A stretch of 64,000 bases of DNA from Raja brachyura (GCA_963514005.1 OY740803.1:4650001-4714000); one strand, 5' to 3'. Positions 13,689 through 28,300 are shown, counted from the first letter of the stretch. Translations and numbers: made by a program. The notes: generated by a model from the letters alone, not told the origin.

Positions 13689-14011
13689 CAGTCAGCAGCA
13701 GCTGAAGGGAGGGATGGACCCGGCAGGGGATCAATGAATAAGAAGTACCGGGAAGAATGGATAGTGTGAAACTAAGAGAGGAGAGGTGGACGTTGTGGTC
13801 TGTGCTGTTTTTGGCCTTGAGGATGGGGTGAGAAGACTGGAGATGGAAAGAAGGAAATGAATCAAACAGTCAGACCCGAAACGTCACCTAATTCCTTTTT
13901 CCAGAGATGATCTCATGTCCACTGAGTTACTCCAGCTTTTTGTGTCTATCTTGCTTCATACCTGTTTGAGGGAACTCCACCCTGTTTTTGCATTTTTTCC
14001 TTTGAATTTAG

Positions 14012-14085
14012 ATTTTGGTTTCAATTCTCTTTCATCGAAATCTGCAGCAGAAGTCGGGTGTGCCGCTAAATGCCCATCACAAAAG
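14012..14085 (+). other. Predicted small upstream exon of the SAMD9-like gene
   Basis: Pyrimidine-rich tttttgcattttttcctttgaatttag| acceptor and aaag|gtaaca donor; contains ATG at 14070 (MPITK-G, phase 1). Confidence 0.5.
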
Positions 14086-15011
14086 GTAACAAAATCAGAA
14101 AATTAATATTGTGAGATGGTAGATTATTATTGAAACTTTCTGTAAAATAATGTTAAGTCTTGGATCAATCATGGAAAATTGGTTTTAAAAACTGCCAGTG
14201 TTTTACATTGAAGATAAACTCAGTGGGGCAGGCAGCATCTCTGGAGCAAAGCAATGGGTGATGTTTTGGGTTCAAGACCCTTCTTCAGACGAGAGAGATA
14301 GACGGTGATGTGGAGAGATAAAGAACAACAAATGAAAGATATGCAAAAAAAGTAACAATGATAAAGGAAACAGGCTGTTTGTGGGGGGCTTCTCCATTTA
14401 ATAGGAATCGGAGAGGTAACTATTTTCACGTAGAGGGTGATGGGTGTATGGAACGAGCTGCCAGAGATGGTAGTTGAGGCTGGGACTATCTCAAAGTTTA
14501 AGAAACAGTGAGGCAGGTACATGGATAGGAAAAGGTTTGGAGGGATATGGACCAATCTCAGGCAGGTGGGACTAGTGTAGCTGGGACATGTTGGCCAGTA
14601 TGCGCAGGTTGGGCCGAAGGGCCTGTTTCCACACTGTACCTCTGGGAGCTCTCTGTGTGTTGGTTGCACTTTCTACCTATAACCCCTTGAATGATATTCA
14701 GGTGCTCCTGTCATCCCCTAAAACTATAAAAGTGGTTTCGTAAAAACCTATGGGTTTGTAGTTTAATTGACCTCGGCAAATTGTTGCTCCGTGTGCAGAT
14801 AAGTAGTAATTTGCAGAAGTTAATTTAAATAAGGCGGCATAAAAATAGGATGAATAATTGGGTGCTTAAATAGTTGGCACCGAGATGGGGAATGCTCCTT
14901 ATTTAGGTCGTTGCTTTCTTCCTTCCCTATGTGGAAGTTACACTGGCCTTCATTTTGTTGATCTGTTTGTTGCATCCACTTTTTGCAAGGAGGGCATCTG
15001 TGAGCTGGATC

Positions 15012-15922
15012 AGAAACATAGACAACAGGTGCAGCAGGAGGCCATTCAGCCCTTCAAGCTAGCATCGCCATTCAATGTGATCATGGCATATCATCCAAAA
15101 TCAGTACCCCGTTCCTGCTTTCTCCCCATATCCCTTGATTCTGTTAGCCCCAAGAACTATATCTAATACTCCCTTGAATCCATCCAGTGAATTGGCCTCC
15201 ACTGTCTTCTGTGGCAGAGAATTCCACAGATTCACAACTCTCTGGGTGAAAAAGTTTTTCATCATCTCAGTCCTAAATGGCCTAACCCTTATTCTTAAAC
15301 TGTGACCTCTGGTTCTGGACTCCCCCAACATCGGGAACATTTTTCCTGCATCTAACCTGTCCAATCCTTTTATGTTTCTGTAAGATCCCCACGTCCTCCT
15401 AAATTTCCCTGAATATAAACCCAGTCGACCCATTCCTTTACTGGATGGATCCTGCTTGGATTCACTGAGAGGACAGGCGGGTCCGACAGGTTCACGGTTA
15501 TCTCTGAACTAGGGGGGAGAACTGCTCACTTCTTGTGACCAGTATCACTGATCCATGTTAGACAATAGACAATAGATGCAGGAGTAGGCCCTTCGGTCCT
15601 TCGAGCCAGCACCGCCATTCAATGTGATCATGGCTGATCATCCCCAATCCCCAATCCCCGTTCCTGCCTACTCCCCATATCCCCTGACTCTACTATTTTT
15701 AAGAGCCCTGTCTAGCTCTCTCTTGAAAGCATCCAGAGAACCTGCCTCCACCGCCCTCTGAGACTCCACAGACTCACCACTTTCTGTGAGAAAACGTGTT
15801 TCCTCGTCTCCGTTCTAAATGGCTTACTCCTTATTCTTAAACTGTGGCCCCTGGTTCTGGACTTCCCCCAACATCGGGAACATGTTTCCTGCCTCTAGTG
15901 TGTCCAAGCCCTTAACAATCTT
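15012..15922 (-). mobile_element. Two CR1 LINE 3' fragments (15012-15437 and 15560-15922)
   Basis: CR1 ORF2 C-terminal peptides and conserved 3' UTR on the minus strand. Confidence 0.88.
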
Positions 15923-17364
15923 GTTGAGGCAAAACATTCTAACAATCAGTACTGTTCCTGTTGTTAAGTCCTGCTTTAACCTACATACTTTGTTGATCAA
16001 AAACCCGCTCCCCTCCTGCCCTCGAGGCAAGAGATTTGAAACTTGGTGAAATATGAAATCTCCATCGACATATGGAGGTATCTGATGATGATTCATTTAA
16101 TGATCTGCCTTCGCGTATGTGCATATCTCTAAATATGTTTCAGTTTCAATTCTCCTTGGATAGAAACTGCACCCACCTGAAGTAAAGTCTGAAAATCCTT
16201 TCTAAAATCTGACTCCTTTCTGACTCCTTTATTGTCATTCAAACTTATTAGTTTGAACGCAATTGGGTACCTTGCAGTCATGGCAGAAAATCAAGTAACA
16301 GGACACACAATTTAGCACAAACATTCATCACAGTGAATCTCCAGGCACCTCCTCACTGTGATGGAAGGCAAAAAGTCTGAAAGTCTCATCTCTTCCTTGC
16401 TTGTTCTTCCTCTGTGTTGAGGCGATCCAGGCTTTCGATGTTGGGCCTCATTCAGCGTGACTTGCAGTTACTGGTAGCTCTTGTAGTTTTCATTCAAAAA
16501 TTTTCAAATCACAAAATAATATGACTGTGCCCAGAGCTGAGCCACTGGGAGGTGTGGGCGTTGTGGCGACATGTCAATATGATATTATAAGGTCATAAGT
16601 GATGGGATAGAATTAGGCCATTTGGCCCATCATGTCTACTCCACCTTTCAATCATGCCTGATCTATCTCTCCCTCCTAATCCCTTATGTCTTTTCCACAT
16701 AACCTCTGACACCTGTATTAATCCACCATAACCGCTGACACCTGCACTAATCAATAGTCCAATAGATATCAATAGTTATCTTCAAATCTCAGACAATCCA
16801 ATTCTGGGCAGGTGGGTAAATAGGGAGAGTGGCCCGTGTGGAAAGGCTGGATTTTTGTTTCCGTTAGCTATAAGTTGGTGGCTTCCGAGTTAGCAGGGTG
16901 TGACTTCATGCAGTACATGTGAGTGTAACTTTGGCTGGTATTTCTAGATTTGTACTGAAGGGTGCTATCAAATGTAGCCTTGCCCACCCTCTCATTTGTA
17001 CACAAATAAAATCCCTTAGCACCACTGAAATATCTATGTTCTAAAATATTTTACAGGTGTAATAAACTTATATGGGGAAGGGGGTCATAAGACGTAGGAA
17101 AGAATGAGGCCATTTGGCCCATCAAGTCTACTCTGCCATTCGATCATGGCTGATCTATTTCTCCCTCTCAACACCATTCTCCTGCCGTCAACCTTTAACA
17201 CCCTTACTAATCAAGAACCTGTCAATTTCCACGTTACAAATACCCAATTACTTGGCCTAGAGGTTGACTGCACAGTCATAGAAACATAGAAACATAGAAA
17301 ATAGGTGCAGGAGAAGGCCATTCGGCCCTTCGAGCCAGCACCGCCATTCATTGTGATCATGGCT

Positions 17365-20300
17365 TTCTTTCTTTCTTTCTTTTAAAATCTTTTTATTGTT
17401 TTTTTTGTTGTGTCACACACAAATGAAAAAGAAAAAAGAAAAAAACAAAACCCCCCTAAACTAAAAAAAATATAACATTAAAAAATTAATAATGATAAAA
17501 TAAAACGAAAAATAAAATAAATAAATAAAAACTAAACAAAGCAAAACAAAATCTGAACAAACAAAAGTTTCAACAATTTAAGTCCGTATGACGTCAAGTC
17601 CGTTCCACCACATAGAAGTGAAATAGATTTTTATAACGGGTAAAGAGGGAGCAATTTATATTGCATGAGAGTGTTCAATAAATTTTCCCCAAGTCCTATC
17701 AAATTTAACCAAGGGTTCAACAATGTCACTCCTAAATTTTTCTAAATTTAAACATGATGTTGTTTCAGAATACCACTGGAGTTTTGTCGGAGGCTTGGAG
17801 TCTTTCCATTTAAATAAAATAGATCTTCTGGCGATTAATGTGGTGAAAGCAACAACCGATGGGCGGAGCGGGACAAATGAATAGAATCTAACATTGGTGG
17901 CCCAAAAATTGCAGTAATAGGATGAGGTTGTAAATCAATACTTAAGACTACGGAAATAGTATCAAAAATGTCTTCCTAATATTTTTCCAAAAGTGGGCAG
18001 GACCAAAACATATGGGTCAGTGAGGCCACTTCTAGTTACATCTGTCACAGGTAGGGTTTATATGACCATAAAAACGAGCCAACTTACCCTTTGACATATG
18101 AGCTCTGTGAACCACCTTGAATTGTATCAAAGCGTGTCTTGACTAATTGAAGAATCCTCTCCCATTTCTCTATAGACAAAGAAGTTTGGAGTTCTCTTAC
18201 CCTGTCATTCTTAATTTTATCAAATGTATCTATTTGTAATTTCAAAATCAACTCATAAATAGTGGTTATTAATCCTTTCTGATACGGGTTCAACTGTAAA
18301 ACATTTTCCAAAATTTTGGTTTGATGTGGTAGCAGAAAAAGGGGTAGAGTAGCCTTCAAGAAGTGTCTAATTTGTAAATATCTAAAAAAGTGTGAATTAG
18401 GTAAGTTATATTTATTGGAGAGTTGTTTGAAAGACATAAGACAACCCTGCAAGAACAAATCACGACAAACTACTAAACCCTTCCTCTTCCATAACAAAAA
18501 GAATTGATCAGTACTAGATGGTTGGAAGAGAAAATTGGATAAAATAGGACTCGATAAGATAAAATCATTTAGTCCAAAAAACGTACGAAATTGAAACCAT
18601 ATTTGGAGCGTGTGTCTTATTATTGGTTTAGTCGTATATTTATTTAATCCCGTCATTGTGAAAGGTAACGTGGCCCCTAAAATAGAGGCCAATGATAGCC
18701 CTTGTAAGGAATCACATTCAAGGTTTATCCATCCTTTGCATTGGGTATCTTCTAAATCTTTTGTCCAAAATGTTAAATAACGAACATTGACTGCCCAATA
18801 GTAAAATCTGAGGTTCGGCAGTGCCAAACCGCCATATATTTTTTTTCTGTAAATGTTTTTTACATAGTCTGGGATTTTTATTCTGCCATATATATGAAGA
18901 AATTTTGGAGTCTATAATGTCAAAGAAAGATTTGGCAATAAAAATTGGTATCGTCTGAAATATATACAGAAATTTAAGTAAAATGAACATTTTTATAGCA
19001 ATGATTCGGCCAATAAGGGATAAGGACATTGGTGACCATTTAGTAAACTGATGTTTAATATGGTCAATTATAGGCATAAAATTGGCTTTAAATAAATCCT
19101 TGTGTTTCTTGGTGATCTTAATACCTAAATAAGTAAAATGTTTTCGGTAGTCAATCTAAATGGAAACTGACCATAATTCAAAACAAGATTATTTAATGGA
19201 AAAAGCTCACTCTTAGTTTTAGTTTATAACCAGAAAAACGACTAAATTGATTAAGTAATGCTACTATTGCCGGAATAGATTTCTCAGGGTTAGAAATAAA
19301 TAATAACAGATCATCTGCGTAAAGAGATAGCTTATGTGTCTTATTGCCACGGACAATACCAAAAATATTAGGAGATTCCCTAATAGCGGTGGCTGAAGGT
19401 TCCAAAGCAATATCAAATAGTAAAAGACTTAAGGGACAGCCCTGTCTAGTACCTCAAAAGAGCCTGAAAAAAGGGGATCCTTGATTATTAGTAAATACAG
19501 AAGCCAGAGGTATATGATATATCAGTTTGATCCAATAAATAAATTTTGGACCAATCTTAAATTTTTCAACTTTATTGAATAAATAATCCCATTCTACTCT
19601 ATCAAACGCTTTTTTGACCAAGTGAGATGACACATTCTGGGGTTTTATTAGACACTGTATATACAATATTCATTAATCTCCTAACGTTAAAGTATGAGTA
19701 ACGATTTTTAATAAAACGGGTCTGATCTTCAGAGATAATTTGCGGTAAAATCTTTTCCAATCTCATAGCTAATATTTTGGAAAGAATTTTGAAATCTATA
19801 TTTAACATTGACATAGGTCTATATGATGACATTTCAGTAGGGTCTTTATCTTTTTTAAGAATGAAAGAAATAGAAGCTTAATAAAAAGATTGTGATAATC
19901 TATTCCTTAAAAGGGCTTCTTTAAATACCTTACGTAGCCATGGAGACAATAAATTTGAAAAATATTTTTAAAATTCTGCTGTAAACCCATCCAAACCGGG
20001 AGCTTTACCAGAATTCATTGAAAAGATTGCTTTCTGTATTTCTTCTTCCGTGATGGGTTCATCTAACAACAGAGACTGGTATGGTAAATATGGTAAATTT
20101 GGTAAGTTCACTTTCTTTAAAACCTCATGTATTATATTGGAATCAGTAGGAAGATCTGATTGGTATAGGTAGGTATAAAATTCTTGAAAGGATTTATTAA
20201 TTTCATCATGGTCTACAGTTAATGTACCATCCCGTTTTCTCACTTTAGTAATCTGACGCTTGGCTGACACCGCTTTCAATTGATTAGCAAGTAATTTACA

Positions 20301-23012
20301 AGATTTTTCGCCATGTATATAAAATTAATTTGGTTTTAAGTAACTGGTTCTCAATCGGTGATACTAATAACAAATCATGTCTCAATTGAAGTTCAACTCT
20401 ATTCTTGTAGAGCTCTAAACTAGGAGCTTTTGAATATTTTTTCTCAATTTCTTTAAATTCGTCAGCCAATATACGTATTTCTTTTTGATTTTGAGTATGA
20501 AATAATTTGTCCACAAATATATGCCTTAAAAGCAACCCAGACTACACCATTGGATATTTCTTCAGTAGAGTTTGTCAAAAAGTAAAAAGCAATCTGATCT
20601 TTCATAAAATTAATAACATTTAAGCCTTGAAGCAAACGCCATTGTTTAGCACTAAACGTGGAATCGGGTAGATTGATTCATAGTTTCAAAGGTGTGTGAT
20701 CAGAGATAACGATTGCGTCATACTCACATGCAGTGACCGATGGAACTAGCCGAGAATCTAGTATAAAATAATCAATCCTAGAATAACTGTGATATACATG
20801 AGAGAAAAAAGAAAATTCTTTGTCATTTGGGTGCAAAAATCTCCAAACTTCTAACATTCCAGAGTCAAGTAAAAAATAATTAATCAAATTATTTGATTTA
20901 TTTGGAAGCACATGATCAGATGTAGACCTGCCAAACGCGGGGTTCAAACAACAGTTGAAATCTCCACCTATTATTAAAAAGTGTTCATTTAAATTAGGAA
21001 AGGATGCAATTAACTGTTTAAAAAACTCAGGGTGATCAATATTTGGTGCGTTAACATTCACCATAGCAACGTTTTGCATTTAAAAAACACCGGTAATAAC
21101 CAGAAATCTGCCATATGGATCAGAAATTGCTTCATTGTGAACAAACGGAATTGAGGGGTCGATAAAAATAGAGACTCCTTTCACCTTCGCCTGTGAGTTT
21201 GAGTGAAACTGCTGTCTTCTCCAAAACTTAAAAAGTCGTAAATTGTCATCTTGCCTTACGTGAGTTTCTTGAGCAAAGATAATCTGAGCATTTACTCTGT
21301 GAAGAACTTTAAAAAAAAATTCCTCTTAATGGGATGGTTCAAGCCATTCACGTTACATGAAAGAAAATTAATAACTTTATCCATATTGCTTGTAAAAATC
21401 ATGTGGGATGTAATGGGTTAATTTCTTGTAGCCTAAAAGTTCAAGATATTGGAAGAAGAAAAGCCTAGGGCGGAGCCCGAAGTGACGACATTTCAGACGT
21501 TTTTGTAGTTCAAACTTTGCACAAATTGAAAACACTAAATAGGAAACCAAGGACCCCTCCCCCCACCCCCTCCCACCCCTGTAAAGCCCAAAGTGACCAA
21601 TAGACAGTCAGCAAGCTACCTAATCCCATCCCCGAACCCATCTCCCTAGTAACAGTGCTGGCATAGAGATAATAATAATTTGCCACTCCTAGTCAAAACA
21701 CATTCCCCATTATCTCTTTGAGAGAGAAGAATACAGACTGACATGAAATTAACAAGCGAAAGCTACACATTATTATCCAAGGTCAGGATATGAAAAACAA
21801 GAACTGCGTTCTCTTAGTTTGTCTAATGGCAGGGGAACACAAAATTAACAAATAAATTCTTAAAAGAACATATATAAACGAGAAACAACTCATCCATTTA
21901 AATTCTTAATCATTACCAAATGAAATAATGTCAAAATAGAAACAGTAAATCTCCAGTTATAACTTAATCAGCTATCGATTGGTCCCCTTCCTCCTCATAG
22001 CTCTCCAGAAAGCTAGAGGCGTCTTGACGATTGTTAAAAATGTGAAAATTACCGTTGAAAAGTCGAATACACAATCTAGCTGGGTATAATAAAACTAGCC
22101 GTAGCTTTTTATTATACAAATCAGACATTACATTATAAAAGGACTTTCTTATTTCCAAAAGCTCATGAGTATAATCAGGGACACACCGAAACTTGCCTCC
22201 TTCATATTCAACCACAACCAACTTTTTTGCTGCCTGGAGAATATTCTCCTTCATTTGCCAAAAATGAAACCAAATAATCAAATGTCTCGGTTTATTACCG
22301 GATTTCTTCCCAATCCTGTGAGCGTTATCCAAAAATGGAAGGTTTTCATTGTGCTCAATGTTAAGTGTTTCCTTTGTCATTTTAGAAACATATTTTATAA
22401 CGTTATCTCCTTCTTGACCTTCCGGCAAGCCAACAATTCACAAATTCAATCAACGGCTTCTTTTTTCTAGGTCCGTATTTTTAGTCTTGTAATGCTGAAG
22501 TGCTCGAGTGTTTTCATTCATTCTCCAATCCAGTTTTTCAATCTTCAAATCTCTCTCCTGTTCCAGGGTTCGCAAGATATCAATTTCATCCTTTTGTTCA
22601 CGAAGTTCATCTTGTAACAAAGACAGTCTTCCTTGGACTTCCTTCAGTTTGGTCGAAACACCTTTCACCATTTCTTCCAAACTGCCAAATCTTATTTTCA
22701 TTTCATTTTTCAGTTCATTTTTCAATTCATCGTTCATTTTCAATATTGCTTCTATGATACTGGAATCAGAAGCTGCAGCTGTGGTTGTGGCTTTTCCCTG
22801 TTCCTTCCTTGGGGAGCCTCCCTTTCTTCTTGTCTCCATCCTTTTCACGATTAAGGCGTGTAAAAGTGTTATCAACACTTTATGAAAAGTTAGACGGTGT
22901 CTTGGAATCAAATAGTCACGAGTAACATTGAAAGAGTGGTGAATGGAAGTTAAAACTTAAGGGAAGCAAATGAATTTCCAACCTTTACAGCATGCTGCCA
23001 CTAGGAGAGTCC
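17365..23012 (-). mobile_element. Full-length decayed L1 LINE (ORF1 + APE/RT ORF2) nested in a CR1
   Basis: ORF1 coiled coil and ..LYPARL.. (21964-22911); APE motifs GGDFN, SRIDY, SDH; RT motifs KAFDRV, YADD; A-rich tail at 17365; 11-bp TSD tgatcatg(g/a)ct at 17354-17364 and 23013-23023. Confidence 0.93.
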
Positions 23013-23585
23013 TGATCATGACTGATCATCCCCTATCAATAACCCGTGCCTGCCTTCTCCCCATATCCCTTGATTCCACTAGCCCCTAGAGCTCTATCTA
23101 ACTCTCTCTTAAAACCATTCAGTGACTTGGCCTCCACTGCCCTCTGTGGCAGGGAATTCCATAAATTCACAACTCTCTGAGTGAAAAAGTTTTTTCTCAT
23201 CTCAGTCTTAAATGACCTCCCCTTTATTCTAAGACTGTGGACCCTGGTTCTGGACTCACCCAACATTGGCAACATTTTTCCTGCATCTAGCTTGTCCAGT
23301 CCTTTTATAATTTTATATGTTTCTATAAGATCCCCCCTCATCCTTCTAAACTCCAGTGAATACAAGCCTAGTCTTTTCAACCTTTCCTCATATGACAGTC
23401 GCGCCATCCCAGGGATCAATCTTGTGAACCTACGCTGCACTGCCAATCACAAGGATGTCCTTCCTCAAATTAGGAGATAAAAACTGTACACAATACTCCA
23501 GATGTGGTCTCACCAGAGCCCTATACAACTACAGAAGAACCTCTTTACCCCTGTTGTGATGAAGGCCAACATTCCATTAGCTTTC
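23013..23585 (-). mobile_element. CR1 LINE 3' fragment (its tail lies at 17277-17364, split by the L1)
   Basis: 136-aa CR1 ORF2 C-terminus; the 3' UTR continues on the other side of the L1. Confidence 0.9.
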
Positions 23586-23946
23586 GATTCCCTGGAAGAG
23601 AATCAGGAACTTGATACAATAGATTTAAGAAGGTAAAGATTTAATAGGTTCCTTTTACACACACAGGGTGGTGGGGACATGGAATGAGCTGCCAGTGGCA
23701 GTAGTGGAGGCAGGTACAATAATATTTTAAAAGACATCTGGACATGCACATGGATTGGAAATGTTTCGATGAATTATGGGCTAAACACAGGGGAATGGGA
23801 TTTGCTGAGATGGGGCATTTTGGGTGTCAGAGGTTATGGGGGGAAGGCAGGAGAATGGGGTTAGGGGGGGAAGAGATATATCAGCCACGATTGAATGACG
23901 GAGTGGGCTTGATGGGCCAAATGGCCTAATACTGCTCCAATCCGTC

Positions 23947-24458
23947 TTTGGTCCCTAATTTGAGGAAGGACATTCTTGCTATTGAGGGAGTGCAGCGTAG
24001 TTTACAAGGTTGATTCCCGGGATGGCGGGACTGTCATATGCTGAGAGAATGGAGCAGCTGGGCTTGTACACTCTGAGTTTCTCATTGCAACATATAGGAT
24101 TGTTAAGGGTTTGGACACGCTAGAGGCAGGAAACATGTTCCCGATGTTGGGGGAGTCCTGAACCAGGGGCCACAGTTTGGGAGTGGAGAGTGGGCCATTT
24201 GGAACGGAGACGAGGAAACACTTTTTCTCACAGAGAGTGGTGAGTCTGTGGAATTCTCTGCCTCAGAGGGCGGTGGAGGCAGGTTCTCTGGGATGCTTTC
24301 AAGAGAGAATTAGATAGGGCTCTTAAAAATAGCGGAGTCAGGGGATATGGGGAGAAGGCAGGAACGGGGTACTGATTGGAGATGATCAGCCATAATCACA
24401 TTGTATGGCGGTGCTGGCTCGAAGGGCCGAATGGCCTACTTCTGTGTCTATTGTCTAT
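23947..24458 (+). mobile_element. CR1 LINE 3' fragment
   Basis: FWSLNLRKDILAIEGVQR-like sequence, conserved 3' UTR and tctattg tail. Confidence 0.88.
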
Positions 24459-24578
24459 TATCCCTTATGATATTAAGGTCATTTGTACAAATTGGGCAAA
24501 GGACCTGTTTCCACGTTGTATGACTCCATGTTGTTATGCAAAAATGCTAACGTTTTACTGTTTGTGTTCTCCTGCCAG

Positions 24579-24630
24579 CATTTATCTATAAATGTCCTGC
24601 AAGGTTGTCCATTGGAACAACGGGAAATGG
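24579..24630 (+). CDS. Predicted exon carrying the likely start codon (ATG 24627) of the SAMD9-like gene
   Basis: Branch-like gctaac plus tttgtgttctcctgccag| acceptor; gaaATGG|gtacgt donor with strong Kozak context; phase 1 matches the acceptor at 25321. Confidence 0.6.
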
Positions 24631-25320
24631 GTACGTATTCATTTTAGAAGCTTATAAACATTGCCTTGGATTCTCAGATGATCAGAGTGTTTCTGATCTT
24701 GGCCAGGGTTGCCCTTGGGGTTGGGATGTCTGCTGCTGACTATGGCTGCATGTGGCTAAAAGGACTTCTATGCATTTTGACCGGTGCACAATGAACAGAA
24801 GCCAGGCCTAATGGATTGGGCATTGTGCTGGAGCCAGCCTCCGTCGTAGTTGAACAGTAGTTGCAGCTCAAGGAAGGGGAGGGAATGGGAGACGGGAAGC
24901 AAATCACTAGGCACAGCTGGAAAAAGAATAAAGCGTATCTTCATAGGTAGACAAAAATGCTGGAGATACTCAGCGGGTGAGGCAGCATCTATGGAGTAAA
25001 GGAACAGGTGACATTTCGGGTCGAGACCCTTCTTCAGACTGATGTGGAGGTTGGGGGGGGGGGGAATGAAGAAAGGAAGAGGCGGAGACGGTAGGCTGTT
25101 GGAGAGCTGGGAAAGGGAAAGAGGGAGAAAGCAAGGACTACCTGAAATTGGAGAAGTCAATGTTCAGCTAGTTCTTGCTTTCTCCCTCCTTCTCCTCCCC
25201 TCCCCTCCCCTCCCCTCCCCTCCCCTCCCCTCCCCAGCTCTCCTGTCTCCGCCTCTTCCTTCATGTAAATTGTTAATCATTTTATTTTATATTTTAATAC
25301 CAAAAATCCTTTACTTTTAG

Positions 25321-28300
25321 GGACTTCTCCTGAAAATATACCTCCTTTTGTTGATAGTGGAACAAGGTCTGGTTCCCCAGGGGTGCAGCCAGCAGGTTAC
25401 ACTCAGTGCAACCCCCATCCTTTCGACAAAGAAGATGCAGAATTTAAATATGTGGTAGGACATGTACTTCCAGTAGAATCAGGCAGCAAAAACCTAATTA
25501 TTCCATGTCACGAATTTAAATCGTTCCGACTTGCTGCCCAGAGAAACGAGTTTGAACAGGAAGTAAAATTTGCAAGGGAAGTTATAAGGTTTGCTGCAGC
25601 CTGCATGAATGGTAGAACCAATGGGACAATTCACTTTGGTGTAGAGGATGGTGAAAACTACATACACGGTGAGATATTGGGTGTTCCTGTGCCCAAACGA
25701 GAACTTTTTGTGAAGGCACGCGACAAGTATATCAAGAAATGCTTTTTCAAAAAGCATCACTCCCATGCTGAGCATTCCATTCGCCCTCCGAGATTTGTTG
25801 AGGTTTCTGATGGTTGTGAAGAGAAGCACTTTGTTATTGAAGTTGACATCGTCCCGTCGTCGTCAGTGGTAAAGGGTACGTATTTCCCAGTCTGGATTCC
25901 ACACTTGGGCCACATGGGAGAAAATCCCCGTCGGTCGTGCTACATAAGAGATGGAGCAGCTTCTGCTCAAATTCATATCATGCCAGAATATATACGTGAC
26001 CGAGATTTTGACAGAGAGAAGGCAGAACGCGATGAAGAGCTCTCCAGAGATGGCGTGTACCAGAAGCTGTCCGAACTGTTCACAAGCATGAAGAAACACA
26101 TGAACAGCGAATTAAAATACATTCTAGTCATTGACAATTGTGAGAAAGATTTAGAAAATCTTGGCTTTTTGTTGCGAATGAAGTTTTTTTGTGTTTTAGA
26201 TTTTGATCCTAATTCCAGCACACAAGGCTTGTTCAATTTGTATTCCAAGGCCAAGCCCTATTTCTTGGAAGATTGTATCACTGAAAGAGGTTTATTGTGT
26301 GATGAAATAAAGAAGAATTCCTTTCATCAAACCAGCTGGATATTTTGCAACGGGCAAAACAGCAGTGAGCAGCATCGACCTTACAATGCAAAGACCTGGA
26401 TGGAAACGAGAAGGGGACATCTAGCAGATGTTATCTTACAAATCTGCAATGCGCTGCTCCCTCCGGGATCGTTTGAGGTGCTTTTCCTCCTGCTGTCACA
26501 AGCTAATGAGTCACTCGCAGAGGCATTTCGTGGATTCTATGCTGGGATGAATGGCAGAAATATAAAATGCATTGTGGAAGGCAGGGAGAGTTATAATTGG
26601 AGGAGAAGGGTTTTGGAGACTCCAAATAACCAAGAGGTTCTTAACAACATGACTATAGTAGGGACAAGGATGAGCCATTTGGACAATATGATTCAGATCA
26701 TTCAGTCTTCCTGGCCAACAGTCAAGCAGTTACTTGATGATGAATCTAAATATGAAGAGCTACTGCCTTTACTTGAAGTGCTGACTTCAAACGACACCAG
26801 CTACATGGACATTGACCCAAAGGATGAAGAATGGCAGAAAGAAGTCCGAGACAAGGAAATACGCTTTTACAGAGGTGGCAAGGTCAGCTGGATGAATTTC
26901 TGGCTTGCTGATAATAATCACTGCAGGGGAATCATAAAAAGAGATGCGTATGATAAAGTGGCGGAACATCTGAACTCATTGCTCAAGGGAAAAGGGTCGG
27001 AGCCAGTGACCACTGTGACTATAAAACATATGCCTGGCAGTGGAGGAAGTACACTGGCTCGTCATATCCTCTGGGACTTCAGGAAGAGAGTTAGGTGTGC
27101 AACGATCAACGTAACACAGCCGGCAAAATCTGTCTGTGAACATGCTGTGAAATTACAGGAGATTGGTTCAGGCCAAGCAATCCTTCTACTTGCCGAAGAC
27201 TGCGATGCCAAGTATATTGAAGAATTGAAACTCTATTTGACCAGTTCAGTTGCTCATTATTCTCCAAAGCCAACTTTCATTCTGCTGCACTGCAAGAGGT
27301 CCAAATTTCCAGGAGGATCAAGCAATGAACATATGACAGTGGAGGTTAATTACAGGTTATCGGAGAGGGAGAAAGGAGTGTTCAGAAAAAAACTGGATGA
27401 ACTCAAAGTTCTGTACAGACCAAACACAATTCTCACATTTGTCCTAATGACCCACGAATATAATCCAGAATATCTTACAAAATGTGTCAAAGAACTGTTG
27501 GAAGGTATTGATTGGGCATCCAATGTCCTCGACTTAATCCGGTGCATTGCATTACTGAATCACTATGTGGGGGGATCGTACATAACTGTGGCTCAGTGTG
27601 AGGAGTTCATAAACAGAGATGTTCAAGGTGAAAGTCTGCAGCGTGTGCGTTTTGAGAGCTTGTTAGAAGAATCGGCGGGAGGTCTGCTCTCCCTCCTGTC
27701 CGAACCTGGAACGGAATTCTGGAGCGTTCGAATAGTACACTGTAAAGTCACAGAAGAAATACTGAGTCAGGTGGCCTCACAAGGTCAGAGTAAGGCTGCC
27801 TCCCTCCTCCTTGAGGAGAGTGTTTTCTCCAAACACCACGCTGCCACACAAGTGGTGAAATTCATCAGGCAATTGTTTGTTCAAAGAAAGGACCACTCAG
27901 GTACATCAAAACGTTCTTTCCCTTCCCTTATTGAACGTGTATCAAGGGACGAGAGCGAATCTGACGCCGTAGATCTTCTGGAGAAAGCCAGTGAATGTTT
28001 TGCCACGGATCCATTTGTGATTCAGCAACTTGTTAGGTTCTTGTGCCGAAATAAAAAGTTTGAAAAAGCTGAGGAATGGATAAAAAAGGCCAGGGAATTG
28101 ATGCCGTCCAATTCATACCTTTTGCACACTGAAGGCCAACTTTACCACAACTGGCTTATTTCAGACTTCAGTCTGCAATATCTAATTGGTCACTGGCATT
28201 CTCCACCCATATTTGCAAAAGCAATAGATATGGCACTCAAGGCAATTGATGCTTTTCAGAAATCCCAAGAAGCATCCATGATGGAGGCTGACTGGAATAA

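Noticed and set aside
25383-25385. GTG start given by the ORF track
   Set aside because: This is a eukaryotic gene; the frame is open back to a clear splice acceptor at 25320.
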